Virus record (IMG/VR): IMGVR_UViG_3300031576_000024
Coordinates: 1 to 64,000 of that record
Source: a virus
Length of the DNA stretch: 64,000 bases
Direction: 5' to 3' (one strand)
This document shows, one piece after another, positions 18,402 to 27,434 of the stretch (the first letter of the stretch is position 1; every line of letters begins with the position of its first letter). The notes under the pieces were generated by a model. The model was given only the letters and a program-made list of their open reading frames with translations, was not told the origin of the DNA and did no database searches. A program made the position numbers and the translations under genes.

Positions 18402-18694
18402 TGCCTTATATTCTACAAGAAAAAAGAAACGAATTAGATCCCATACTGGAACAGCTATCTAAGAAACTAGAAGAGCTAGGCTGTGTTGGTGGTGATCTTA
18501 ACTACACAATAAACAAATTAGCAGACCACTACATTACAGTTAGAGGGTTGAGATATCAACATCTTGAAGCCGTAATGGGAACACTTGAAAGTTCAAAAGC
18601 AGAATTCTACCGCCGGGTAGTAGCGCCATATGAAGATACAGCCATCGAAAAAAACGGTGATTGTTATAATAACGTAAACAAAGGAAACAAATAA
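18401..18694 (+). CDS. Conserved phage hypothetical protein (MPYI...GDLNY...EFYRRVVAPYED family)
   Basis: Recognisable family pattern; start reassigned to ATG 18401. Confidence 0.75.
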   Translation: MPYILQEKRNELDPILEQLSKKLEELGCVGGDLNYTINKLADHYITVRGLRYQHLEAVMGTLESSKAEFYRRVVAPYEDTAIEKNGDCYNNVNKGNK

Positions 18695-19518
18695 TGGAAT
18701 TTCATCAACCTAATGCAGAAGCCCTAGACGCAGACCGCAGCAAGGACGCGAGACAAGTCGCGGAGCAAGGTGGCGTAAAGGCATTCTACCTACAAGCCGG
18801 AGTAACGAATGTTCGCATTCTTCCGCCTTTCAGTACCAAGGGTGTTTGGTATCGAGAGTTATTTGAGTACAACGTCGTAGTCGATGGACAACGCCGGGTA
18901 TTCACAGCACCCGTAGACGGTCCCGATCCTATTGAAGAAAAGAGACAATCGCTTCTTCAAGCAGGTGGTGACTTCAACATCAAAGCCGCAGAAGGTCTAA
19001 AGGCTACTCGGCGTTATTTGTTTAACGCTCTAGTATGGTTTGCACCTCCGGGCGTTGAGTTTACCCGCGGAGAGGTAGTCGTATTGAAGGCTCCTGTCAC
19101 TGTCAAGCGTCACCTTCTGGAAATGGATCGTGACGTACAAGGTGGCTGGGCTGACATTACGAACCCGGCCTCTGGAGTAAACATCAAGATTAGCCGCACG
19201 GGTAAGGGCCTTAACACTGAGTACAGTGTTGCCCCTCTACCTAAGCGTTCTGACCTAGCAACGGACTTAGCAGCAGTGCAGGTTGACGTTAACTTGTTGA
19301 ACCTGTTTAATCTGGACGAGCTATACCAGCCGCTTTCTTACGATGACCTTAAGCGGGTTGCTTCTAAGATTGGTAACGTTGTAGTACCGGGGGCAGCCGT
19401 ACCGGCTGTGCTTCCTGTACAAGTAGTAGCTCCTGTAGCCCCTGTGACAACTACGGTTTCACCTGAAGCCTACATTCCGGGAATGGACATTCCCCCGCCT
19501 CCTCCGGCCATTCGCTAA
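18694..19518 (+). CDS. Single-stranded DNA-binding protein (gp32-like)
   Basis: VRILPP, DITNP..G.NIKISRTGKGLNTEYSV pattern; lies between polymerase and RecA. Confidence 0.75.
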   Translation: MEFHQPNAEALDADRSKDARQVAEQGGVKAFYLQAGVTNVRILPPFSTKGVWYRELFEYNVVVDGQRRVFTAPVDGPDPIEEKRQSLLQAGGDFNIKAAEGLKATRRYLFNALVWFAPPGVEFTRGEVVVLKAPVTVKRHLLEMDRDVQGGWADITNPASGVNIKISRTGKGLNTEYSVAPLPKRSDLATDLAAVQVDVNLLNLFNLDELYQPLSYDDLKRVASKIGNVVVPGAAVPAVLPVQVVAPVAPVTTTVSPEAYIPGMDIPPPPPAIR

Positions 19519-19799
19519 TGGCAAATCATCCTAAGTTGAATTCGGATCAGATATCCGAAATGAAACGACTGTATGAAGAGGGCGATAAACAAGCCGACCT
19601 AGCTAAGCGTTACGAGGTATCCATTACCACGATTCGTAACAAGCTAGGACTTGGTAAGCCCAAAGAGGAACCTGTCGGCATAGGGACTTTCAGTCCCGAA
19701 GTCGAACCTCTAATGGAGACGGTATATCCTAGCGACATGTTCGTTGAGGATAAAAAAAAAGACAAGCCGAAGAGACGAATAGTAGGAGTGAACGTATAA
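19518..19799 (+). CDS. HTH DNA-binding protein
   Basis: QADLAKRYEVSITTIRN. Confidence 0.7.
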   Translation: MANHPKLNSDQISEMKRLYEEGDKQADLAKRYEVSITTIRNKLGLGKPKEEPVGIGTFSPEVEPLMETVYPSDMFVEDKKKDKPKRRIVGVNV

Positions 19800-20872
19800 T
19801 GTCACAACTTGAAGAAATAGTGAAGCTGACCAGAGCGGGATTGAAGAGTGAGAAGAATGACTATGTAGCGGTTCACATGGCGGGAGACGTAGGCATCTAC
19901 AGTTACGTTCCGTTCCCGTTCCCGACAGGGTTAGCAGAGCTAGATTTTCATTTAGGTGCTAAGGGTGGTTTGCCTGCTGGTAAGATCGTGGAATACTACG
20001 GTTTACCTGCAACTGGAAAGACCACTCTTAGCTACCACACTATTGCTGAGTGTCAGAAGATGGGTGGTATGGCCTTCTTCATTGACACTGAGCATTCGTG
20101 GGACGAAGACCGCGCTGAGGAAATTGGCGTGGACATTAGCAACATAGCGGTAGCTAGCGCACGTAGTATAGAGGCCATCTTTAATACACTGGAGAATTTC
20201 CTTGAGTCTTGTCAGAAGACTAAGTTCAATGGACCTATCATAGTGGTAGTAGACTCTGTTACAGGTGTACCTACGCAGTCGGATCTGGAAGGACAGATGA
20301 CTACTGAGATTAGAGTAGGTCAAGAAGCTCGGCAAATTAGACGTGGTGTACGAAGACTTCAAGGTATTCTGAGCACCACTAAGGCTCTGGTAATCTTCAT
20401 CAACCATGCCGTATCCAAGATGGCGACCGTGCCTTATGCCAAGCAAACACAGGCTGCCGGTGGACACGGAATCAAGTACATGGAATTCATCCGTGTAGAA
20501 TTGAAGAACGTGGGTCACATTAAGAAGGGCACAGGAGAAGATGCTGTACGTATAGGACAGAAGATCGGATTTGAGATTGAGAAGTTGAAGAACGCAGCCT
20601 TACCTTATCCGAAGATAAAAGAAATCGCATTGCTTAATCATGGCTTCGATAAGATTGGCAGCTTGCTAGAAGCTTGTATCAAGACTGAGTATGTTGACAA
20701 GAAAGAGACTGGCGAAATCTGCACTATGTTCAAAGGTACAGATGTAGTACGTCAGTTCAAGGTTGACGAATGGCCGCAGGTAATGGCAGAGCTAGGCGGA
20801 TACGATAAGGTGTACAAGGCTTGGGTAGAGCACGGTAAGCAAACAGGAGCATTAAGTCCTTGGGGAAGCTAA
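19799..20872 (+). CDS. recA: RecA/UvsX recombinase
   Basis: GGLPAGKIVEYYGLPATGKTT, FIDTEH, VVDSV, IFINH, GGHGIK. Confidence 0.95.
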   Translation: MSQLEEIVKLTRAGLKSEKNDYVAVHMAGDVGIYSYVPFPFPTGLAELDFHLGAKGGLPAGKIVEYYGLPATGKTTLSYHTIAECQKMGGMAFFIDTEHSWDEDRAEEIGVDISNIAVASARSIEAIFNTLENFLESCQKTKFNGPIIVVVDSVTGVPTQSDLEGQMTTEIRVGQEARQIRRGVRRLQGILSTTKALVIFINHAVSKMATVPYAKQTQAAGGHGIKYMEFIRVELKNVGHIKKGTGEDAVRIGQKIGFEIEKLKNAALPYPKIKEIALLNHGFDKIGSLLEACIKTEYVDKKETGEICTMFKGTDVVRQFKVDEWPQVMAELGGYDKVYKAWVEHGKQTGALSPWGS

Positions 20873-20873
20873 C

Positions 20874-21065
20874 ATGTATATAGCAACTTATGAAACTAGT
20901 CAAGGTAATGGGTTCGTAAAGAAGTTTACATCTAGAGTTAAAGCTAATAAATGGTTAAAACAGATGCATTTCGCCTATACCGCTTTGAATGCTGATGAAT
21001 TTGAAAAAGACTTTAAAGAGTGGAAATCATATGGAACATTCACAGCTAAGGTATGGAAAGTATAG
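20874..21065 (+). CDS. Hypothetical protein
   Basis: Short AT-rich ORF filling the operon gap. Confidence 0.5.
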   Translation: MYIATYETSQGNGFVKKFTSRVKANKWLKQMHFAYTALNADEFEKDFKEWKSYGTFTAKVWKV

Positions 21066-22087
21066 TGTCCAAAGCACTAGTCGTTAGCGACGTTCACTTC
21101 CACAGGTGGCAGTATGGCTCAACAATCGTTGACGGCTATAACTCTAGGCTTCTGGGGCAATTAAAATACTTCTTCTTGCTCAGAGACATCTGTGTAGATC
21201 GAGGGATTAAGCACGTCATATGCCTAGGCGATCTTTTCCATACGAACCAAACGGTCCATGCTGAAGTCTTAAGTGCTGCGTCGCAAGCTATAAGATGCCT
21301 TGCCAATGCTGGAATACAGTTCCATTGTCTAGTCGGTAATCACGACATGGCAAGTAAAGACGGTAAGATACACTCATTAGATTGGCTTCGGTCGTATGGT
21401 CAACTAGTAGATCGACCGCAAGTGCTTACCATTGAAGGTCGCCATATTGCAGCTTGTCCATATACGGAGAGTGTAGAGCAGTTGACAGACTTCTTAACCA
21501 AACCTAGACTTAAGGCAGAGTTGGTACTGTTACATCAAGGAGTTAACTTACATGAAAGCAGAGGGTCGGCCTGGGTTCTCAATGAAATCTTTACTAAGGA
21601 AATGGTACCGGAATACGTTAAGCGTGTACTCACAGGTCACTACCACAAGCCAATTGACGACGGTAAGATTAGTATTGTTGGTTCTCCAATGCAGCATAAT
21701 TGGAGTGATTACGATGATGCCGCTCGCGGGTGTATGATCCTGGACCTTGATACGCTTGAAACTGAGCGCATACCTAACACGTTCAGTCCTACTTTCTTGA
21801 AGGTTGATTATGAGAATATACACGCTGATATTGCCAACAAGTTTGTAAGGATGATAGGCTGTCCAACTGACGAGGTGGAGACGATCAGAGAGATCGTTCT
21901 CAAACTAGGTGCTGTAAGCGTAGAGTTTGACGTATCATCAGTAAATAAGAACTCTAATGAGGAAGTGCAGTCTACATTTACTACGCTGGACGAGATCCTG
22001 CATGAGTATGATGAAACAGTTGACGGCAGACGCCGAGAAGTTGGTAAGTTAATTAGAGAGAGTGCATATGAGACTCCTAAGTTTTAA
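21053..22087 (+). CDS. sbcD: Mre11/SbcD-like nuclease (gp47-like)
   Basis: SDVH, GDLFH, GNHD, LHQG, GHYH, GSP motifs. Confidence 0.9.
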   Translation: MESIVSKALVVSDVHFHRWQYGSTIVDGYNSRLLGQLKYFFLLRDICVDRGIKHVICLGDLFHTNQTVHAEVLSAASQAIRCLANAGIQFHCLVGNHDMASKDGKIHSLDWLRSYGQLVDRPQVLTIEGRHIAACPYTESVEQLTDFLTKPRLKAELVLLHQGVNLHESRGSAWVLNEIFTKEMVPEYVKRVLTGHYHKPIDDGKISIVGSPMQHNWSDYDDAARGCMILDLDTLETERIPNTFSPTFLKVDYENIHADIANKFVRMIGCPTDEVETIREIVLKLGAVSVEFDVSSVNKNSNEEVQSTFTTLDEILHEYDETVDGRRREVGKLIRESAYETPKF

Positions 22088-22496
22088 GACTAGTCGTAGA
22101 AGACACGGACATAGTAAAACTGCATTCTATCATGCTTGGGAAAACATGAGAGCTAGATGCTATAGGGTTAAGCATCCTGCATATAAATGGTATGGCGGTA
22201 GAGGTATAATTGTTTGTGATAGATGGGTGGAATTTAAAAATTTCCATAAAGACATGTTTTCTACATGGAAAGCTGGTTTACAATTAGACCGTAAAGATAA
22301 CAGTGGTAACTACGAACCTAGTAATTGCAGATGGGTTACTAGATCACAAAATTGTAAGAATAGAAGATCAAGTAATAGAGAGCATCAAAGTACAGTTGAT
22401 AACGTACACTATGACTCAGGTAAATGGGTTGTAAAGATACGTTTTAATTCAAAAGAAGAAGCAGAAAGATTCGCCAGTGAAACTTTTAAAACTTGA
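22068..22496 (+). CDS. HNH-like endonuclease (YGGRG/LDR family), copy 2
   Basis: HGHSK, YGGRGIIVCDRW, LQLDRKDNSGNYEPSNCRW, FNSKEEAERF. Confidence 0.8.
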   Translation: MRLLSFKTSRRRHGHSKTAFYHAWENMRARCYRVKHPAYKWYGGRGIIVCDRWVEFKNFHKDMFSTWKAGLQLDRKDNSGNYEPSNCRWVTRSQNCKNRRSSNREHQSTVDNVHYDSGKWVVKIRFNSKEEAERFASETFKT

Positions 22497-24357
22497 AGCC
22501 AGCAACATATTCAGTCTGGGACATGTGGAAGTAAACCTTAAAGACAGAGGTTTAATTCTTGTTACAGGGCATTCTTTAGATGAAGGATCAAGTAACGGTT
22601 CTGGTAAGTCAAGTATCGCTAACAAAGCAATACTGTGGTGTTTGTATGGGTACACAGCAGGTGGATTGAAAGCGGACGACATTCTCAATCGACACGGCGA
22701 CACGAAGACTGGTTGGGGCAAGATCGACTTTGAAGGATCTGATGGAAGCCTGTATGCTGTCCACAGGGCGCGACCTGCCAAATTGGACTTCTATAAGGAT
22801 GGCGTCTGCTACAGCATGAAGAAGGCCGCGGAGACGCAGGCGCTCATTGACCACGCTCTAGGGCTGGATTTCAAGTCCTTCTTACATACATATATGTTTG
22901 GTCAGGGTCGTTTGTTTTCCTACGCATCACTGCCTCCGGCAGACCAAAAGGCGATCTTAGAGCAGATACTTCCTGTTGAGCAATTGGCTGTATGGGTTGA
23001 CTACGCTAAGACCTGTGTGTCAGATTTGCACACTGCTGAGGCAGCTCTAGCTTCTAAAGGTGCGATTTTACAAAGTGAAATCAATACCCAGAAGAATAAC
23101 TGGCAGCAGGTTCAAGACAAGGCTATTCATTGGAATACGTTGCGTGAAAATAAGCTCAAAGACTCTCTTAACGACATTGCCGTACATAAGGAAGTGCTAG
23201 CAGAACGCGACTCCAGGCTGGTTGTCTTAAAAGACAGACTTGCTAAACTGCCTGATATTGCTCAGGAAATCCGAAACATCGACACTAAACTTGAGTCTCT
23301 TAACTCAGAGATCAATGATTGCCAATCCAAGATGCATCTTCTGGAAGAACGTAAGAGTCAATGGGACGGTGTGCGTTTATCGTCAAGTGCTAAGATGCAC
23401 AAGATAGTCGATAGTAACTGTCCTACTTGCCATCGCGCCATTACTGACGAAGCTGTGAAGAACAAGCTGCTGGCCGATAACGTCATGCACTCCGAGAAGA
23501 TGGCGGAGGCCGCCGTGAACATGGCTACATGCGCGACCATGTATCATACGGTTTCAGGTGAGCGCGGAGATAAAATTGATAAGTCACAAGAGCTATTCAG
23601 AGCCAAGATGGAACTAGAGGTTGTACGAAAAGAAGATACGCACTTTAGAGTGCAGATCGCAGAGTTGACAGCCCTGGAGAACAACGAAGAGAAGTACACG
23701 AAGCGGGCTGAGCAAATCGCCTCCGAGCGTAATCCATTCTTCGATCTAGTAGCGTCGTTCGATAAGGGCATATCTGAACTGCTAGTGAAGCAGGCTCCGC
23801 TTGAAGAACATAGATATAAGGTCAGCCGTGAGATTGAACATATCAATCACTGGCTCAAGGTCTTCGGTCATGATATAAGAATCAAACTGTTCGAGTCCGT
23901 GTGCAACTATCTGGACACACAGACCAACGAATATCTTAAGCAATTAAAGAACCCGTGGCTGAGGGTTCAGTTCAGTACGATTAAGAAGCTCGCCTCTGGG
24001 GAGGTGAAAGAAGACTTTAACGTTCGAGTATTCTCGGAGAAGGGCGGTGAAGGCTTTGAGACATTATCTGGAGGCGAGCAACAGATTGTATCCTTTGCTA
24101 TTGGGAAAGCATTAGGTGATCTTTCCAAAGCACAGACAAAGGGTAGCTCTGAGTTAACCATTTTGGATGAACCCTTTACAATGCTGGATTCTAGAAACTG
24201 TGAAGCTTTAGTTGAATTTCTTACAAAAGAAAAAGGTACTATCCTACTAATCAGTAACGATGAAAACCTAGCCAACTTAATTCCTGATAGAATTCATGTG
24301 ATTAAAGAAAACGGAGTTACAAGAATTTCAAATGCCGTCTATCAGACTTTTAACTAA
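22477..24357 (+). CDS. sbcC: Rad50/SbcC-like ATPase (gp46-like)
   Basis: NGSGKS Walker A, coiled coil with CPTC zinc hook, LSGGE signature, ILDE Walker B. Confidence 0.92.
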   Translation: MKLLKLEASNIFSLGHVEVNLKDRGLILVTGHSLDEGSSNGSGKSSIANKAILWCLYGYTAGGLKADDILNRHGDTKTGWGKIDFEGSDGSLYAVHRARPAKLDFYKDGVCYSMKKAAETQALIDHALGLDFKSFLHTYMFGQGRLFSYASLPPADQKAILEQILPVEQLAVWVDYAKTCVSDLHTAEAALASKGAILQSEINTQKNNWQQVQDKAIHWNTLRENKLKDSLNDIAVHKEVLAERDSRLVVLKDRLAKLPDIAQEIRNIDTKLESLNSEINDCQSKMHLLEERKSQWDGVRLSSSAKMHKIVDSNCPTCHRAITDEAVKNKLLADNVMHSEKMAEAAVNMATCATMYHTVSGERGDKIDKSQELFRAKMELEVVRKEDTHFRVQIAELTALENNEEKYTKRAEQIASERNPFFDLVASFDKGISELLVKQAPLEEHRYKVSREIEHINHWLKVFGHDIRIKLFESVCNYLDTQTNEYLKQLKNPWLRVQFSTIKKLASGEVKEDFNVRVFSEKGGEGFETLSGGEQQIVSFAIGKALGDLSKAQTKGSSELTILDEPFTMLDSRNCEALVEFLTKEKGTILLISNDENLANLIPDRIHVIKENGVTRISNAVYQTFN

Positions 24358-24561
24358 AGCTCTCGCCTACTTAGAAAGTTATGGTATAATTGATACCGAG
24401 GTGGCGTTCGGTGGGTAATAGAAAGTGCTTATACGGTCATATGCCGTGTAAAAAAAGACCTATAAGTGGTAGTCTTGCTAATAAGTTAACACAGCATAAG
24501 TACCAATTCAAAATAGTTCATGCGTGTATTAAGCATTTTAAAAAAGAAATGAGATTAGTCA

Positions 24562-25260
24562 ATGGCGGCTGAAGATAAGCTACTGAAGAAGTACGAAGCC
24601 TTAGACTACACTCACGACTCTGACATTGATCCTGAGCATTATCAGATATACCTCTTCGGCAGGGAAGATGCAAAGGAGGACATGGAGTTCGGTGAGCCGG
24701 GCGTTGAGTACAAGATGGCTAATAGGTTCATTAAGAACCTGCACTATCTGTCAGGCAGAGATCAGAAAAGACCCATTCTTATTCACATGAAGACATGTGG
24801 CGGGCATGTTGAAGAGGGTATGGCTATCTACGATACATTGCTCTCTATTCCTAATCCTACTACTATCATAAACTACACGCACGCACGCAGCATGTCAAGT
24901 ATAATCTTCCAGGCTGCTAATAAGCGCATAATGATGCCTAACAGTTACTTCATGTTCCATGAGGGAGAACAGGCTGTATCGGGTACATTCAAACAGGTAA
25001 ACAGTATCATAGACTTCGGTAAACAGTTCAGCGATACCATGACAACCATATACGCTGAGCGAATGAAGCATACTCCCAAGGGTGCCCACAGGACTTGGAC
25101 TATGGCTAGGATAAAAGACTGGCTCGTGCATGAAATGGACCGTAAAGAAGATGTACACCTTACCGCTATTGAGACTGTAAACATAGGACTGGCTGACGAA
25201 ATATTCGTAGACTACGAAAGTGTATTTGCTTACACTAAGCAGCAGTTGAGTATAAAGTAA
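24562..25260 (+). CDS. clpP: ClpP-like protease
   Basis: TCGGHV..G.AIYD, ARSMSS (Ser), MFHE (His), RKEDVHL..E...GLADEI (Asp). Confidence 0.8.
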   Translation: MAAEDKLLKKYEALDYTHDSDIDPEHYQIYLFGREDAKEDMEFGEPGVEYKMANRFIKNLHYLSGRDQKRPILIHMKTCGGHVEEGMAIYDTLLSIPNPTTIINYTHARSMSSIIFQAANKRIMMPNSYFMFHEGEQAVSGTFKQVNSIIDFGKQFSDTMTTIYAERMKHTPKGAHRTWTMARIKDWLVHEMDRKEDVHLTAIETVNIGLADEIFVDYESVFAYTKQQLSIK

Positions 25261-25421
25261 TGAAGTGTGTAACCAAAAATTGTAATCGTAAGACAATAAG
25301 TCTTAGAGAAGCCCATGTTATTGAAGCCATGCACTTAAAGGGTACAGTCGAATATAGTACACAGATGATATATGTTTGTAAAAAACACTACACTGAGTAC
25401 ATAAAGATGATGGGATATTAA
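25260..25421 (+). CDS. 53-aa putative zinc-finger protein
   Basis: MKCVTKNC...VCKKH; coupled to both neighbours; not in the ORF track. Confidence 0.5.
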   Translation: MKCVTKNCNRKTISLREAHVIEAMHLKGTVEYSTQMIYVCKKHYTEYIKMMGY

Positions 25422-25955
25422 ATGACCGCTAAGCGTACTAGAAAAGCTGGTAAGAGAAAGTGCAGAAGATGTAAAGTAGTCTTTGATACGCCGGATAAGT
25501 ACGTGCAAATTTGTCCTAGATGTATGAATCATTGTGTAAGATGTGACAAAGAGTTAACTAAAGAGAATACAACTATAGGTAAAGGTAATCATAAGACTTC
25601 ATGTAAATTTTGTCACGCCGAATTACAAAATACCGATAAACGGAAGGATGCACGTTTAGTAAAGACATATGGTATTACTTTAAATGAATATGAGAAAATT
25701 CTTCAATTACAAAGTGGAGCGTGTTACATCTGTGGAAAATCACCGTCAGAAACCGCCTACGCTCTATCTGTAGATCACAAACATGTAAAGAAAGATAAAC
25801 AACAAAATCCACGGGAGACTAGAACGCGAGTTAGGGGACTACTGTGCTGGGTCTGTAATAAAGCGATTGCTAAGTTCAGAGACGACCCTGCTAGATTGAG
25901 AAAGGCTGCCGAATATTTAGAACGATGGCCTGCTCAAGAAATCCTGAAAGGATAA
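25422..25955 (+). CDS. Endonuclease VII-family nuclease
   Basis: YGIT..EY...Q.GACYIC, VDHKH, VRGLLCWVCN, AAEYL. Confidence 0.85.
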   Translation: MTAKRTRKAGKRKCRRCKVVFDTPDKYVQICPRCMNHCVRCDKELTKENTTIGKGNHKTSCKFCHAELQNTDKRKDARLVKTYGITLNEYEKILQLQSGACYICGKSPSETAYALSVDHKHVKKDKQQNPRETRTRVRGLLCWVCNKAIAKFRDDPARLRKAAEYLERWPAQEILKG

Positions 25956-25959
25956 TACA

Positions 25960-26718
25960 ATGAGTGCTATGCGTATACTTCACCTAGATATTGAGACGAC
26001 ACCAAACAAAGTCTACGCCTGGGGTCTTTTCCAACAAGACATTTATATAGATCAGATCGTAGAAGCCGGTAAAACACTATGTTGGGCGGCGAAGTGGCAC
26101 GGTACCAAAGGTATGATGTTCAATTCCTTACACAAGGAAAAGACAAAGGGTGCTATGATTAAAGAGATCCATGCTCTGCTGGAAGAGGCAGACGCCGTTG
26201 TTCATTATAACGGCAAGAAGTTTGACATCCCGGTGCTCAACAAGGAGTTCATTCTAGCTAATATAACTCCTCCTTCTGGCTTCAAAGAGATTGACCTTCT
26301 GCACGTAGCCAAGCAACGCTTCCGCTTCACTAGCAATAAGCTAGACTATGTAGCTCAGACGCTAGGCATTGGTTCCAAGTTGCACCATAAGGGTATGGAG
26401 CTTTGGAAGGGTTGTATGGAGAACGACGCTAAGTCGTGGCAGACAATGGAAAAGTACAATAAGCAAGATGTTAACCTACTGGAGAAGCTGTACGTAAAGG
26501 TATTACCGTGGATTAAACAGCATCCTAACCACGGTCTATATGTAGACGAGAATCGTCCGGTTTGTAAGAACTGCGGTAGCCCTAAGGTTACTAAGAAGGG
26601 GGTTGAGTTTACCCAGGTTGGTAAGTACCAGAGATATCGGTGCAGCAGTTGTGGTACGCCTTTGCGCGGTTCAATCTTGCTTAACCCGATTGAAGAACGC
26701 AGACGATTGCTGAAGTAA
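25960..26718 (+). CDS. RNase H-like 3'-5' exonuclease with C-terminal zinc ribbon
   Basis: LDIET, HYNGKKFD, YNKQDV; CKNC...CSSC. Confidence 0.85.
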   Translation: MSAMRILHLDIETTPNKVYAWGLFQQDIYIDQIVEAGKTLCWAAKWHGTKGMMFNSLHKEKTKGAMIKEIHALLEEADAVVHYNGKKFDIPVLNKEFILANITPPSGFKEIDLLHVAKQRFRFTSNKLDYVAQTLGIGSKLHHKGMELWKGCMENDAKSWQTMEKYNKQDVNLLEKLYVKVLPWIKQHPNHGLYVDENRPVCKNCGSPKVTKKGVEFTQVGKYQRYRCSSCGTPLRGSILLNPIEERRRLLK

Positions 26719-26727
26719 GGAGGCCAT

Positions 26728-27171
26728 ATGGCTAAACGAGCGATATACTTGGCAGGAGCAATGGGTGGTCTATCTGTAGCTGACGCTAACAGTTGGCGGC
26801 AAGAATGCGAGATCGAGCTTAAGGGATGCTACGCTGTACTGAATCCTATCTCAGTACAGTTTGAGAAAGACCCGAAGTTCATATTCTCCAGCATAGAGCC
26901 TAACCTAACGGCACAGCAGGTGACAGTAAAGGATCGGTTCTACATTGACCAGTCTGATTTCATTCTAGCTAATCTGTCCGACCCGAAGGCGGTGTCTATT
27001 GGCACAATTTGGGAAATGGGCTATGCTTATGGGAAGGGCAAGAACATCGTGACCGTGTGTCCGACTGGCACGAAGTTTTACGACGGCCATCCGTTCGTGA
27101 TGTGCTTCTCACACGTAGTCTTTCAAACCCTAGCGGAAGCTATTGACTTCCTTAATGACATAGCCGTGTAA
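26728..27171 (+). CDS. Nucleoside 2-deoxyribosyltransferase / nucleotide N-glycosidase-like
   Basis: IYLAG, WR, D...I..SD, SIGTIWEMGYA motifs. Confidence 0.85.
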   Translation: MAKRAIYLAGAMGGLSVADANSWRQECEIELKGCYAVLNPISVQFEKDPKFIFSSIEPNLTAQQVTVKDRFYIDQSDFILANLSDPKAVSIGTIWEMGYAYGKGKNIVTVCPTGTKFYDGHPFVMCFSHVVFQTLAEAIDFLNDIAV

Positions 27172-27173
27172 TC

Positions 27174-27434
27174 GTGTGGGAATTTTCGGCTGAAGAAATC
27201 CAGGCGTGGGTAGCTGCTAGTAATGTTGTTACCGCGCCTGTTCTCATTAAGGGTATAACATACCGCTGTGATAGCTGTAAGCGGTTCATGTCGGCCCTTG
27301 AAATGAGAGTAGAGTACAGCACGTTCTACTCCCATTTGACAAAAGAGTGTCTGACTAAGTTCGCTAACAAACACATGAAGAACTTAGACTTATCTAAAGC
27401 ACCGCAACAAATTCAAGTAACAGGAGACGTTTAA
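27174..27434 (+). CDS. Hypothetical protein (CxxC...HxxxxC)
   Basis: ORF coupled to the RNR start. Confidence 0.55.
   Translation: MWEFSAEEIQAWVAASNVVTAPVLIKGITYRCDSCKRFMSALEMRVEYSTFYSHLTKECLTKFANKHMKNLDLSKAPQQIQVTGDV

Noticed and set aside
24332-24572. Possible further decayed LAGLIDADG remnant (LAYLESYGIIDTE...KKEMRLVN)
   Set aside because: The motif match is weak and the frames are broken. It may be a small pseudogene plus promoter and cannot be supported without a search.
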